Shown piece after piece: positions 23,785-35,500 of a stretch of 64,000 nucleotides of DNA (position 1 is its first letter; each line of letters starts with the position of its first letter). Position numbers and translations under genes: made by a program. Origin of the DNA: Eledone cirrhosa (lineage: Eukaryota); contig OZ024743.1 of the NCBI GenBank assembly GCA_964016885.1, positions 364,374,001 to 364,438,000 on the forward strand, read 5' to 3'. The notes beneath the pieces were generated by a model, which saw nothing but the letters and a program-made list of their open reading frames with translations, was not told the origin of the DNA and searched no databases.

Positions 23785-26301
23785 ATCTCACTGCCGTCAT
23801 GTTGGACAGCTCCAGGATGGTTACACTGGGGTACATGGTGGGCACGGTTACAGCTCAAGAAATGAAGAAGGAGACTTCTTGAATTTTGTGATGCAAGTGC
23901 ACTAACTATTTGCAACACTAACTTCCAGAAACCTGTCAACCACCTAATAACCTACAAATCAGGCGAGCACATAAGCCAGATTGACTTCTTGCTAGTTAGG
24001 CAGTGGGATAGGCAGATGGTGTCAAATACCAAGGCATACACCGGGGAAGAATGTACCCCACAGCATAGGTTAGTCGTTAGTGATATCTCAGTAAGCAAGA
24101 GACGGAATGAGACATACAGGAAGATGTGGAGAAGAAAGGTCTGGAAACTAAAATACCTTTCACTAAAATACAAATTTAGGAAAGCCCTTCAAGATGTGTA
24201 TGACGAAAAAGAAGACGATTTAGAGTCGTATGACAGATGATAACTGGAATTTCTTACGTGACAACTTACTGCAGGCTACTGAAGAAATTTGTGGCTGGAG
24301 AAGAGCTCCAACCAGACAGATAGTGACCTGGTGGTGGAACAGCACGGTAGATAGGGCCATTAGAGACAAAAGAGTAGCATGGAATGCTTGGAAAAACGGT
24401 GGGAGAAGGATATACAGTCGCGAAGGGAGAAACTAGACGTCAGGTGTACTTAGCACACAGAGAGGCTTACAGTAGGGGTATGCCAATGTTCTGCAACGGG
24501 AAGATCAGAGACATGTGGTATTCCGCATTGCAAGGCAGTGTGTCAGTGAAAATCAGGATGTTGTTGGAGATAGATGTCTCCGGAATGATGCCAGTGTACT
24601 TAGTGTCACGAATGATCATAAAAAGGAGGCATGGAAATGTCATTATGAGAGACTGATGAATGTGGAGAACGAATGGGAGAGAGAGAAATTACCCTCACTA
24701 TATCCGACAGAGGGACCAGCTATTGAGATTAATGAATATAGGGTCCAAGAGGCGATTAAGGAAATGAAAAATGGTAAGGCCGCTGGACTATCAGGGATAG
24801 TTGCTGAGATGCTGAAGGCATCAGGGGACGTAGGCACTAAACTAGTTGAACGCATCATCAATCAGGCTATATATGGCGGTGTCATACCAAAGATTGGTGC
24901 AGCAGTATTCTCATAAATTGCTACAAAGGTAAAGGGGATGCTCTGGAGAGGAGCAATTATAGGGGCATAAAACTGATGGATCAGGTTATGAAAGTGGCAG
25001 AAAGGATATTAGCGCAACTAATTAGAGAAAGGGTCAAATTAGATGAGATGCAGTTTGGTTTGTGCCTGGGAAAAGTACAACAGATGCCCTCTTCTTTGTG
25101 AGACAATTACAAGAGAGGTTCTTAAAGAATAAGCCACTATACTTAGCTTTTGTTGACCTAGAGAAGGCCTTTGATAGGGTACCCCGATCTATCATCTGGT
25201 GGTCCCTAAGGAAACTAGGTGTTGAGGAATGGCTTGTGAGGACAGTGCAAGCTTTGTACAGAGGTGCTATCAGTAAAGTGAGGGTAGGAATGGAGTTTAG
25301 TGAGGAATTCCAGATACAAGTAGGAGTACATCAGGGTTCGGTCCTCAGCCCGCTCTTGTTCATAATAGTCCTCTAAGCCATAATAGAGTTTAAGACTGGC
25401 TGTCCATGGGAACATCTCTATGCTGATGATCTGGTTCTTATAGCAGAATCAGTAGAGGAGCTAGAGAATAAATTCTGGCTATGAAAACAGCAGTTGGAAG
25501 CAAGAGGACTGAGAGTGAACCTAGCTAAGATAAAAGTGTTGATGAGTAGAAAAGAGGACAAAACTCTGATTCCGTCACGGAAATGGCCATATTCGATATG
25601 CAGAAAAGGAACTGGCATAAATTCTATAAAATGTACACAATGCAGATCTTGGGTACACAAGAGATGTAGTGGGATAGCAAGTAAACTAACAGGTTGAGAG
25701 AAATACGTATGCAGTATCACATTGATAGACACATTTTTCAAATGCAGGTGGGTTCTATAGAAGTGGTTGATAGCTTCCGGTACCTAGGTGATCAGATTAG
25801 CATGGGAGGGGGTGTTCCGAGGCCATAGTATCTAGAATAATGACAGGTTGAAAGAAGTTTAGGGAGCTGCTTCCTCTGCTGACGAAGAAGGGTTTCTCCC
25901 TGCGTATGAAAGGCCGGTTATATGATGCTTGTGTGAGGTGCGCGATGCTGCATGGTAGTGAAACATGGGCAGCAACTGCAGAGGATATGCGAAGGCTGGA
26001 GAGAAATGAGGCAAGCATGCTCCATTGCATGTGGAGAGGTGACTGCGATGGTATGGACATGTGATGCACATGGAGGATGACTGATGGGTGAAGAAGTGCC
26101 AAGAAATGCCAGTTGAAGGAAGACGTAGTAGAGGAAGATCACGATAAACATGGGCAGAGGTGGTGAAAGCAGACCTCAGATCGCTGAAGCTCATGATGGA
26201 GATGATGAAGGACCGTGACAAGTGGAGAGATGCTGTGCTGAATAGAACCCGTCCCACCCTTGCAAGCAGGGAAAAGCGGACGTAAAATGATTTTGATGAT
26301 G
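23785..26301 (+). mobile_element. Degenerate RTE LINE (APE remnant, RT, PHD remnant, tail)
   Basis: NTNFQKP..HLITYKSG..SQIDF, DLEKAFDRVP, HQGSVLSPLLF, YADD and MLHGSETW. Confidence 0.92.
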
Positions 26302-26419
26302 AATTAACTATTGCTAGGAACCTCACAAATATTCTTCTTCTTGCTCGACAAGGCTGGGGTCATCCTAAGCCAATGATCCCAAAGCATCGTTGTGCATAGA
26401 GCAAACCAGGTCCAGAAAC

Positions 26420-26800
26420 TTGCTCACAAACCCTGGTCAGGGGCAGCCACACAGCCCTGTCTGACCTTGTTGCTGATGGAGAACCAGTCGGAGTCCTTCC
26501 TGTTCACCCGCACACAGCTATAGTCATTGAAACAGGGTGGTGATCTTGGGAGGTGCACCGACGAGCTGGAGACCGTCAACCATGTTGAAAGCCACCTTGA
26601 GGTTGACGAAGGCGACGTAGAGGCAGCGATCTCTATGGAACTCCCGAGATCTTTCAATAATGAGGCGGAGGACAGAAATGTGGTCAGCAGTGGATCGATT
26701 AGGTATGAATCCAGCTTGGTGTGAATGACGTTTGTTTCTGATGGCTGGAAGAGCATGGTTCAGGAGGATCTTGGTGAAGACCTAGCTTGGGATGGAGAGA
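26420..26800 (-). mobile_element. LINE RT fragment (RTE/BovB-like, different subfamily)
   Basis: SCVRVNRKDSDWFSISNKVRQGCVAAP. Confidence 0.6.
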
Positions 26801-26879
26801 AAACATCCATCTCCAATTTTGTTAGAAATTTTTTTTTCCAGTTTTTTCATGTACTTTCAACTAATTTTCTTTTCCAGAC

Positions 26880-27900
26880 TATTTCATGTACTTTCAATGA
26901 ATCAGACTCTGAAACAACACGAAAACTGAGTTGGGTGTAGGAATCAAAGTAATGGTGGACATGAAAAAGATTGAAAATACCTTATGCAGTTGTAGCACTT
27001 TCATCATCTTCCTGATGGCAATCTGAAAGAGGTGGATATAATCTGGCTGTTTCAAGAAAGAATTTGTGCAAGAGATTGTCTTCATCTTCAATTGAAGTCC
27101 TAAACAAATATTTGGCGAAATACTGAAGATATTTTATGCAAATACCTGACCTTTGAACCAACTCTTTTATATCCCTTCAAAACCTTTCAATATTTTGTGT
27201 GTTTGCATGCTTTATCTATAACATTTTTAGAGTGGTTAAAAGCAAAATACTAACCTAAACTATTTAAATCTTTGTAGGCAATCCAGGAATCAGGGTAGAT
27301 AATGGTGCCAAGTTTAATATATCTTTAAATGTGAGGAAGAAGCAGAGCTCATCTAAATTTATAACAAACCAATATTTAGAAACACGTTCTATTCCACCAA
27401 ACAACTAAATGTGGCTCAAAACTCGATGTCTTCTATATTAATTCTATCAAAGTTTCACAAACTGTAACTTTTACATTTTCCCTACCAGTAGGTTTCTGAT
27501 TTGTAAACCACATGTCTAACTTCACCAAAGAACAAATGCTAATCAACACTTGCCACTCTAGACATTTTCAACATAGTTCTATCATCCCATAAATGATTAA
27601 CACAAAGGATAATTTTCCATGGAGGAATGTGTGCTTTGTCTTTAAAATCCAAAACAGAATAGCTACAATACCATCTTTTTTCATTTACGAACAACATACC
27701 TCTGCCATAAATGTTATTTTCTATTAACACATTCACTATTGCAATGTGGACACATTACTGTGTTCAGTAATACACTGTTTAAACGAAGAAAAACAATGGA
27801 ATTTTTGTTGTTGACATATTCATAATAATCAAAATTACAACTTTCACAAATTCTAAAAGTCACCATTTTATCAATGTGTGATAGTTTAAAAGTAGGAGCA
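26880..27900 (-). mobile_element. Degenerate Merlin/IS1595 (ISXO2-like) DNA transposon
   Basis: Minus-strand remnants VFGGIERVSK..., IKLGTIIYPDSWIAYKDL and HANTQNIERF resemble the ISXO2 DDE transposase. Confidence 0.65.
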
Positions 27901-27939
27901 GTTGCAGTATTAATAAGAGATAAGGCTTATTCTTATTCC

Positions 27940-28840
27940 TGAGTGTGTCTTGGGGCAAAGTCCTCAAACACTCCTTCCAGTTGGTTCTGTCAAAAACAAC
28001 CTTCTCCAATTAATCCAGCTGGATCCTCAATTGAGACCAGCCGAGCTTATGGATGTTATCCAACCATCTTGCTCGGAGTCTACTACTGGAATTCTTGCTG
28101 GTTGATTTTGCCTGTAAAATCTGCCCAACAATTGTTCCTAAGACATGCAAGTAATATAAGAGCTGTGATTTCTCAATTCTGAGAAGTAGTTGCTCTAGCT
28201 GTAGCGACTCTGATCTCCAAGTTACGCACTCTATCGGCTGTTTGTATTTACAATCGTATTCTTTTGGTCATTACACAAGATTCATGACTATAAGTAAAGG
28301 TTGGCATGAATACCGAATTGAAGATAGCGAGTTTGGCTTTTACACCTATCTCTCTTCTGATGACCAAATACTGAAGCAGGCACATTACTGCACCAACTCC
28401 TGCAATTCTTGCACTTAATTCAGCCTCCTGTCTACCATCACTCATGAACACAGCCTCAAGATAATTGAACTTCTCCACCTACAATAGTGGAACTCCACAT
28501 GTAGAGTGCACTGCACAGGCTTCCTTGAGAGGACGAGTGTCTCAGTCTTCGCAGCACTGATTTTCATTCCAGCCATGCAGCACTCGGCATCAAACCTACC
28601 ATGTCCAAGTGAGAGATCACTTTCTGTTGAGTTAAGTAACACCAAGTCGTCTGCAAATTTCAGTCAACTGATTTTACACCCGCCAGACATGATACCACTT
28701 CCAACCCAGATGCACATGTCAATCCTGTTCATGAAAATAATGAACAGGAAAGGTGACAGTATGCACCCTTTGTGGAGTCCGACTCCCACATTGAATGATT
28801 TCGATTTAGCACCATTCATCCGAACACAAAAGTTGTGAAC
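27940..28840 (-). mobile_element. Degenerate RTE-clade LINE of a second family
   Basis: GVGLHKGCILSPFLFIIFMNRID, FADDLVL, MKISAAKTE and EKFNYL. Related pieces lie at 48780-49190 (-) and 54500-55320 (+). Confidence 0.8.
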
Positions 28841-29141
28841 TATTAAGTAGTCTGTAAATGATAGTGTTGGTGTCATGATAAAATGCACCCAGTACAATCT
28901 ATAAAGTGGCAAGTATTAGGAAGGGCATCCAGCTGCAGAAACTGTGGCCAAAAAATGGAATATACAAGCAAAATGTGGTTATCTAACCATGTCTTGTCTT
29001 AGACTGTCATAACTCATCCAACAAATGCAATATAAATACAACAATTAATAGGGTTTGTGGCATGTCTATCATTATATCTGACATAAAAATAGATGTCAAC
29101 AACAAAAAGAATCAAAACAAGACCGATTTTTGTTCCAATAC

Positions 29142-29147
29142 TTTATT
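29142..29147 (-). terminator. Candidate distal polyadenylation signal (AATAAA) of the Lifeguard gene
   Basis: AATAAA on the minus strand followed by a T/GT-rich tract. The region 29.1-32.4 kb is nearly TE-free and UTR-like. More proximal AATAAA sites occur near 31985 and 31658. Confidence 0.35.
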
Positions 29148-30858
29148 TTTCATTCTTTCAAATGCATTCCATTTTAAAGAAAGAGGAGTTATTCATAGAT
29201 GACAAACAAAATTCCTCCACAAACTGCAATAGTTCATACAGATGTTTAGCTCTGAACTCAGTAGCATTATGATATAAAATATGTCTCCCTATGGATAGGA
29301 AACTAGTCTAGCCCAGTCAACATTTTCTGACTATGTAGTACCACTTATTCCATTCCAACTGGGTGAACTGAGGCACGTAACATTAGTGTTCGACCCAAAG
29401 ACACAAAAAATGATTGCTGCATGAGCAGACAGGCAGTTTGATAACCTTAAAAATTTGGTGATTTCATGTCTACAGATGACAACAGTAAAGAAAAACAAAA
29501 TGAGTGTCATTTTTTTCTTTTTGTAAAATGAAGTTAGTATTGTCTTTGATGAGTGTATTACTGGGATGGGAAGCAGAATGTAAGAACATTTTTTATTTTA
29601 TTTTAAAAGGAACAAGTAAACTGTGGTAATGCCAATTTCTTTAGAATAAAAGTAAAATCTTTGGAATAAAATCAAAAACAGTGACCTAATTTTCATTCTA
29701 GGAAAACAAAAAATAACTTAAAATACACAACATTTATATAATATTTTTACTAACAAAAACAATACGGGAAAATACATAAAAATATAGACAACAAAAATAT
29801 TTTATATACATCCATTATATATATAATAATTATTATTACATTGTGCTTCTGCAGGAAAATTTTATAAATATATTTCTTTATAAACTGAATGATTTTATAG
29901 TGTATGTCATAAGTTTCATATTTAACAAACACAGTGCAGTTACCTGCTTTAGCAATAGTGGCATCCCTAGACTCCCTAATCATCACAGCCAAATACACCT
30001 TGCCTGCTTTGAATTAGCAAAGTGACTAGGCATAGCACTTCAAAGAAATGGTGGCTGACATTGACATCGGTGGTTAAGAAATTCAAAGCAAGCCAGGTGT
30101 ACTTGATTATGATGACAAGGAAGCTTTAGATGTAAATATTGCCAAGATGAGGTATCCAATTTGTACTGGACGTAAGTATATTACAATAATGATGAAACAA
30201 GTAAAACAAATAATTTTACTCCGTGGAGAAGTCTGAGAGTTAATTGATTTCCATAAACAAGAATTATTATAACATGGAAATCTGGTTAGAGTGAGGTAAA
30301 TAAAATGACACAAGAGAAACATAAACTATTAAAGAAAATAGAAACAGTCAACATATAAATTCCTATTTCTGTTAAGTTAACAACCTCTGTTTTCAAATAA
30401 TGTGATGGGAAAATATAATGGCAAAAATAGCTAAAAAGTGATAAAATCTGGAATCTAAGAAATCCAAGAATGGTCTTCACCAGCAACAATTAATCCAATA
30501 GGAGAGTTCAGAGTTACATGGTTGTGACAAGTCAAGAATCTAATATTTCAGTTCTTTGTCTAAGATTGAGGAAGAGAGAGAGGTGTTGTTGCTCTGGTTG
30601 GATTGAAGCAAGTTAAATAGTGGTTGAAGGAGTGATGTGTGGTGAAGATGGAGAATAGGAAATCAGAGTAATATATAATATATATACACATACATATATG
30701 AGATATACATAGATATATACATATATGCAATATATAAGGTCCTTAAGAATGAGGTGTCTGATTTCCTTATGCACTTTCAATTTAAAATCGAACATTTCAT
30801 ACCTAATGACACACACACACGATATATATATGCTTATCATTTTTACGTCCAATTTTCT

Positions 30859-31028
30859 ATGCTGACATGGGTTAGACAGGATCATTTGAGACAATGTTTT
30901 ATAGTAGTATGGCCATCTTGACATCAGCCCTTTTAGTTGTCTTTTACAACATGCAGAGGCAACTAAAAGGGCTGGCATCTGGCTTTAAAACATTGTCTCA
31001 AAACATCCTGTCCAACCCATGTCAACAT
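30859..31028. repeat. Fold-back inverted repeat built from RTE tail sequence
   Basis: Outer arms of about 43 bp, plus an inner 20-bp stem at 30925-30974 with a 10-nt loop. Confidence 0.85.
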
Positions 31029-31405
31029 GAGATATATATGCATATAGCTATATATACATAGAGATAGAAGAGAGAGGTGATGTGAAAAGTCATAGGTCTC
31101 TGGATCTTTTCTACTTTGCCTCTTCAATTCTTCAAATTTCCAATTTCTTCCCCATACCCAACCATTCATTCACTTGCCCAACTTCTAATGCAGCCTTATT
31201 CTCTCACACTGCCTCCCTTTCTCATGCCTTCTCCACCTTCCAACACTATTCCATTTTCAATTCCTTCCCATTAACTTATCTACAACCCTGACAACAACAC
31301 CTGTCTTTTTCTTCATTCTGAGAGAAAGGTCTTAGATTCTTCATTTCTACGTGCCAATTATATTTAAATAATAATAAATTCAAATACAGATTATATTTAC
31401 ACATG

Positions 31406-31453
<48 letters not shown>

Positions 31454-31488
31454 ATGTGTGTATGTGTATATGTGTGCGTGCGCACACG

Positions 31489-31552
<64 letters not shown>

Positions 31553-32434
31553 GAGTCACAACAGGGTTAGTCTTTAGGTAGGAATACATGAAATAACTAC
31601 CTACATACTGATTTTCATTATAAAATTTTTAAACTACAATATACTCTAATGGTCCCATTTATTTAACAATTCAGATGCATTTCTAAAACGACACACCAGA
31701 TATATATCCAACAGACTATATATGATGAAATATATAACATGTATATAACATTTCCTTGTTGCTATTAATATTATCCACAAACAGGATTACATTTTCTAAA
31801 TTATTGTTAGCTAATGACTGATTGTTAAATTGACTTTTTCTTGGAAGTGTTGTTGAGAAATAAAAGTAATTTTTTATAGATAATACTCAAGTAAGTATTC
31901 TGAGAAGTTGAAAGATTTTATGTTCTCTATTTGAAAAGATCTTAATACATAAAAGCTATTCATTTCATTTTAATACATAAAGGGTTTATTAAAACTTATA
32001 TAAATGAATTATATATCAGTTTTTATATTAAAACAAACCAAGATTAACTACAAATAAAAAATTCTAAATTAAAGATATTTTGGTAGAACTGAAAATAATT
32101 TTAATACAAATCGTGAGATTGTCTGTAGTTGATTAATTTGATAGAGAATATTTAATAAGAATCTATCTGAAAATGTTATAGTAACAATCTTTAGGTTTAT
32201 GATAAAATCATAATTTAGGATCAAATTGAAATAGTTAACTCAGATCAAATTATGCAAATAACTATATACAAGTAGTTTCATTGCAATAACTCTCTAGAGA
32301 AACTATGGCTTTAATACTGCATTTCAATGCCCTGTTATATACCATAAGTTGCCAAAGAAACTCAACTTTGGATGTATCAAACATATTTTCACAAATACAA
32401 TAACTTCCTTTGAAGATGTGAAATAAAGAAAGCA

Positions 32435-32587
32435 TTAGTCCTGTGCATTGCCAACAAGTGTCAATATAAACATGAAAAGTTGGACAATATCCAAATAGAG
32501 ATTCAAAGCGGCAAAAATGTATTCTTCTGGAGATATTGAGTACTTATGGCGCCCTCCTATCATCATCTGGGTATCAAATACTAGATA
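32435..32587 (-). CDS. Lifeguard/TMBIM last coding exon (YLVFDTQMMIGGRHKYSISPEEYIFAALNLYLDIVQLFMFILTLVGNAQD*)
   Basis: Diagnostic DTQ..GG...SPEEY..AAL.LYLDI motif; ttttcAG acceptor; TAA at 32437-32435. Confidence 0.95.
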   Translation of the reverse strand, partial: YLVFDTQMMIGGRHKYSISPEEYIFAALNLYLDIVQLFMFILTLVGNAQD

Positions 32588-35500
32588 CTGAAAATAAATA
32601 TAAAACAATATCAATAGAGCAACATAAAGCTATAAAACTGTCCTGAAATGCATCTTGTTATTAAAATTTACATTTAAATTGATATGAATATACAAAGTAC
32701 AGTGTTTAATCATTTTCTTTTTAATTAAAAAAAAAAAAAAAAAAAAACCATTACACCAATATTTTAAAAACTAGTCAGAATGTAGAACAAAATGCTTTGT
32801 AGTACTTGTTTTGGCTCTGTGCTCCAAGTTCAAATCCTGCTAAGATCTGCTTTCATTTTTGTGGGTTGATAAAATAAAGTATTAATCTAGTGTGTTGGAT
32901 TAGTGGAATTGTTAGAGCAGCAGACAGGATGCCATGCAGTATTTGTTCTGGGTCTTTGTGTTATGATTTCAAATCCTGCTGTGGCCTGCTTGCGTGGTAG
33001 TCTTAATTCATTGCCAGTTTAACACTATCACCTGGTCCTAGGATACCTTTAATGGACACCTCTCTGTTGCAAACATTTGGGGCAGGTCTCTAGTTTGAAA
33101 ATGATTTCTCCCCTCCCACCAGTCATGGGGACCCAGAAAAGAAGCACAGACACTGTTTCCCTCTTTGACTAAATATTTTTAAAAAGTGTCAAGTTCAAAC
33201 AATCACCTCTCATTCATACAAATAAAAACCCATAATCACACTTTTTATAATTTTTCAATATCTTTCCGAAGATATTTGAAGTCACAAAACTGAATCAAGT
33301 TTATGTATGACGTTTTTCTTACTGACCCATTAAAAATATATGTATTAACGTTTTTCTTGATGACCCATTAAAAAACTGAAAATAAATGCCAAGATATAAA
33401 ATTATCCAGGAATGATGCCAATCAAGATGCAGATGGTGAATTAATTTGATTTTCATTCATTCATTGAGCCTTTAACTCCCGCTGAAGTTGTAGGAGATGC
33501 CGTTGTGACATACAGCATGTTTCGGGCAGAACCCATCCCTCTCTAAGTCTGACCATAGCTAATTTCTTTATGTGTGAGAGAGAGAAATGAAAGGCAAAAG
33601 TTGACCTCAATAGAATTTGATATCTATAATAAAGCTTCAGAGAATTCCAGGGATAGCCTTGAAAGAAAAAAAACTTCAATTAAATTTTAAGTACAATGGA
33701 AACATTAATTCATGCTGGTTTTCTTTTGCCTTATTTTTTTTATGTGATTGAAAGTGTGAGTTAGTTTTGGTTGGATGCTGGCTGTTTCCTACCATGAAAT
33801 AGGAAAGGAACTAATCAGATTTTTTTTTTATTTTATTGTTTAGTCAGCAAATGAATGGCAATGCCCATAAACCTTTTCAAGGCCACCAAAACTGGTGGGA
33901 GGGAAGAAAAACAGTATCCTCAAACAGGAAACCTGGACCAAATGCTTGCAACAGAGTGGATTCTGCTAAAGGTATTCAAAAGCCATGTGGTAGTGTTAAA
34001 CCAGGTGATGGATTATGTCTAGTACGCAAGTATGCCACAGCAGGAGTTCAACTCAACACAAAGATGCGCAAGGTAGTTCATCTAACAATGAAAGTTCTGC
34101 TAATTCACTGTCCTGGACCAGTACTTTATTTTATCAATCTCAAAAGGACGAAAGTCTAAGTTGACCACTGTAAGATTTAAACAGAGCACAAAGCCAGAAC
34201 AAATACTACAAGGTATTTTGACCTACACTTTAATGACTACCAATTTGCTGCATAATGGTTATATATGTATGGGTTCATAACTCCTCATGAAGTTGTAGGA
34301 GAGACATTGTGAGATACAGCATGTCTTGCGCACTTTAAACCTAGCAGAGCCCATCTCTTTCCAGGTCTCAACATAGTTGATTTCTTCCAAAAGTTAGAGT
34401 CAGAGAGAGTAAGTGGGAAAGAGATGTAGAGGAAGAATCAACCCCAGTACTGAACTGGCACTTCATTGTTTTAAGTCTGCCTTTCAATGCTGGCATAGGT
34501 TGGACAACCTTTCCTAATGCCAACTTATTTTATAAGTATGGTACTTGTTCTGATCTTCATCCACAGACCTGCTATGCTACAAAAAATAAACAGCACTGTA
34601 TATTTTAAGTGATGTCAATATGAAAGCATACAGAGGCAACACATACACACACCACTAGCTCCCATACAGTTTCCATTTACCAAATTTCACTCACAAGTCT
34701 TTGACCAGCCCAAGGCTATAGTAAGAGATATTTGCCCAAGGTATCGCGCTGCAGGATTGAATCTGAAACCTGTGGTTGCAAATTAATCTTTTTAACCACA
34801 TAACCTACACTATTGTAGAAAAAAAGAGTTTTAGGGGCACCATCCTGATATAAGGCATATCTTGGGCATTTTAAACCTGGCAGATCCCATCCCTCTCCAG
34901 GTCGGAACATAGCCGATTTGAGAGAGAGAAAAAAGACAGAGAAGCAACTCCTGTACTGGATTGGTACTTTATCAAGCTCGAAAGGATGAAAGGTAAAGTT
35001 GACAATTGGCAGGATTTGAACTGAGAATGCAGTGTGAACTGGAACAAATACAATGTTATTTTTTATTAGACTATTGTAGATGTAAAAATAAAATAGTAAT
35101 AAACAGGGAAAACATTTACTTACAAAACTGAAAAGCAAAGCTCCTAGAGCAGCATAGGCCAAAGTAGCATACTGGAAAAAATAAAAATAGACAGAGATAT
35201 TAGATACTCATTAAAAGTAAAGATTTCATAAAAAATAAATGGACCTCCATCAGTTTTAATGATGAGTGTTCCAGCTGTTTCATCAATGAAATGTCTTGAA
35301 TTACTGTTTATGTGGACGAGTATCCCCCAGGCATGTATCCTTAATTATAACTTTCAGGAAGATTCAGCATGATGGTGTGTAACGAGGTTGGTTATTTAAA
35401 TGATACAGTCAAACCAACAGGGCATCCAAACATTTTTTGTGGATCCAATTTCAGTCATAAGGCTTGAAACAACCCAATACAATGGTAAAAGAAACTTGCC

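Noticed and set aside
30107-30322. Hydrophobic 71-aa ORF as an extra Lifeguard exon or small protein
   Set aside because: The Lifeguard CDS already ends at 32435, and there is no recognisable motif; likely 3'UTR.
33480-33560. Hammerhead-like GAAACAT...ATGTC on the minus strand
   Set aside because: No CUGANGA core, and sibling SINE-tail copies (34.3 and 34.9 kb) do not preserve the motif.
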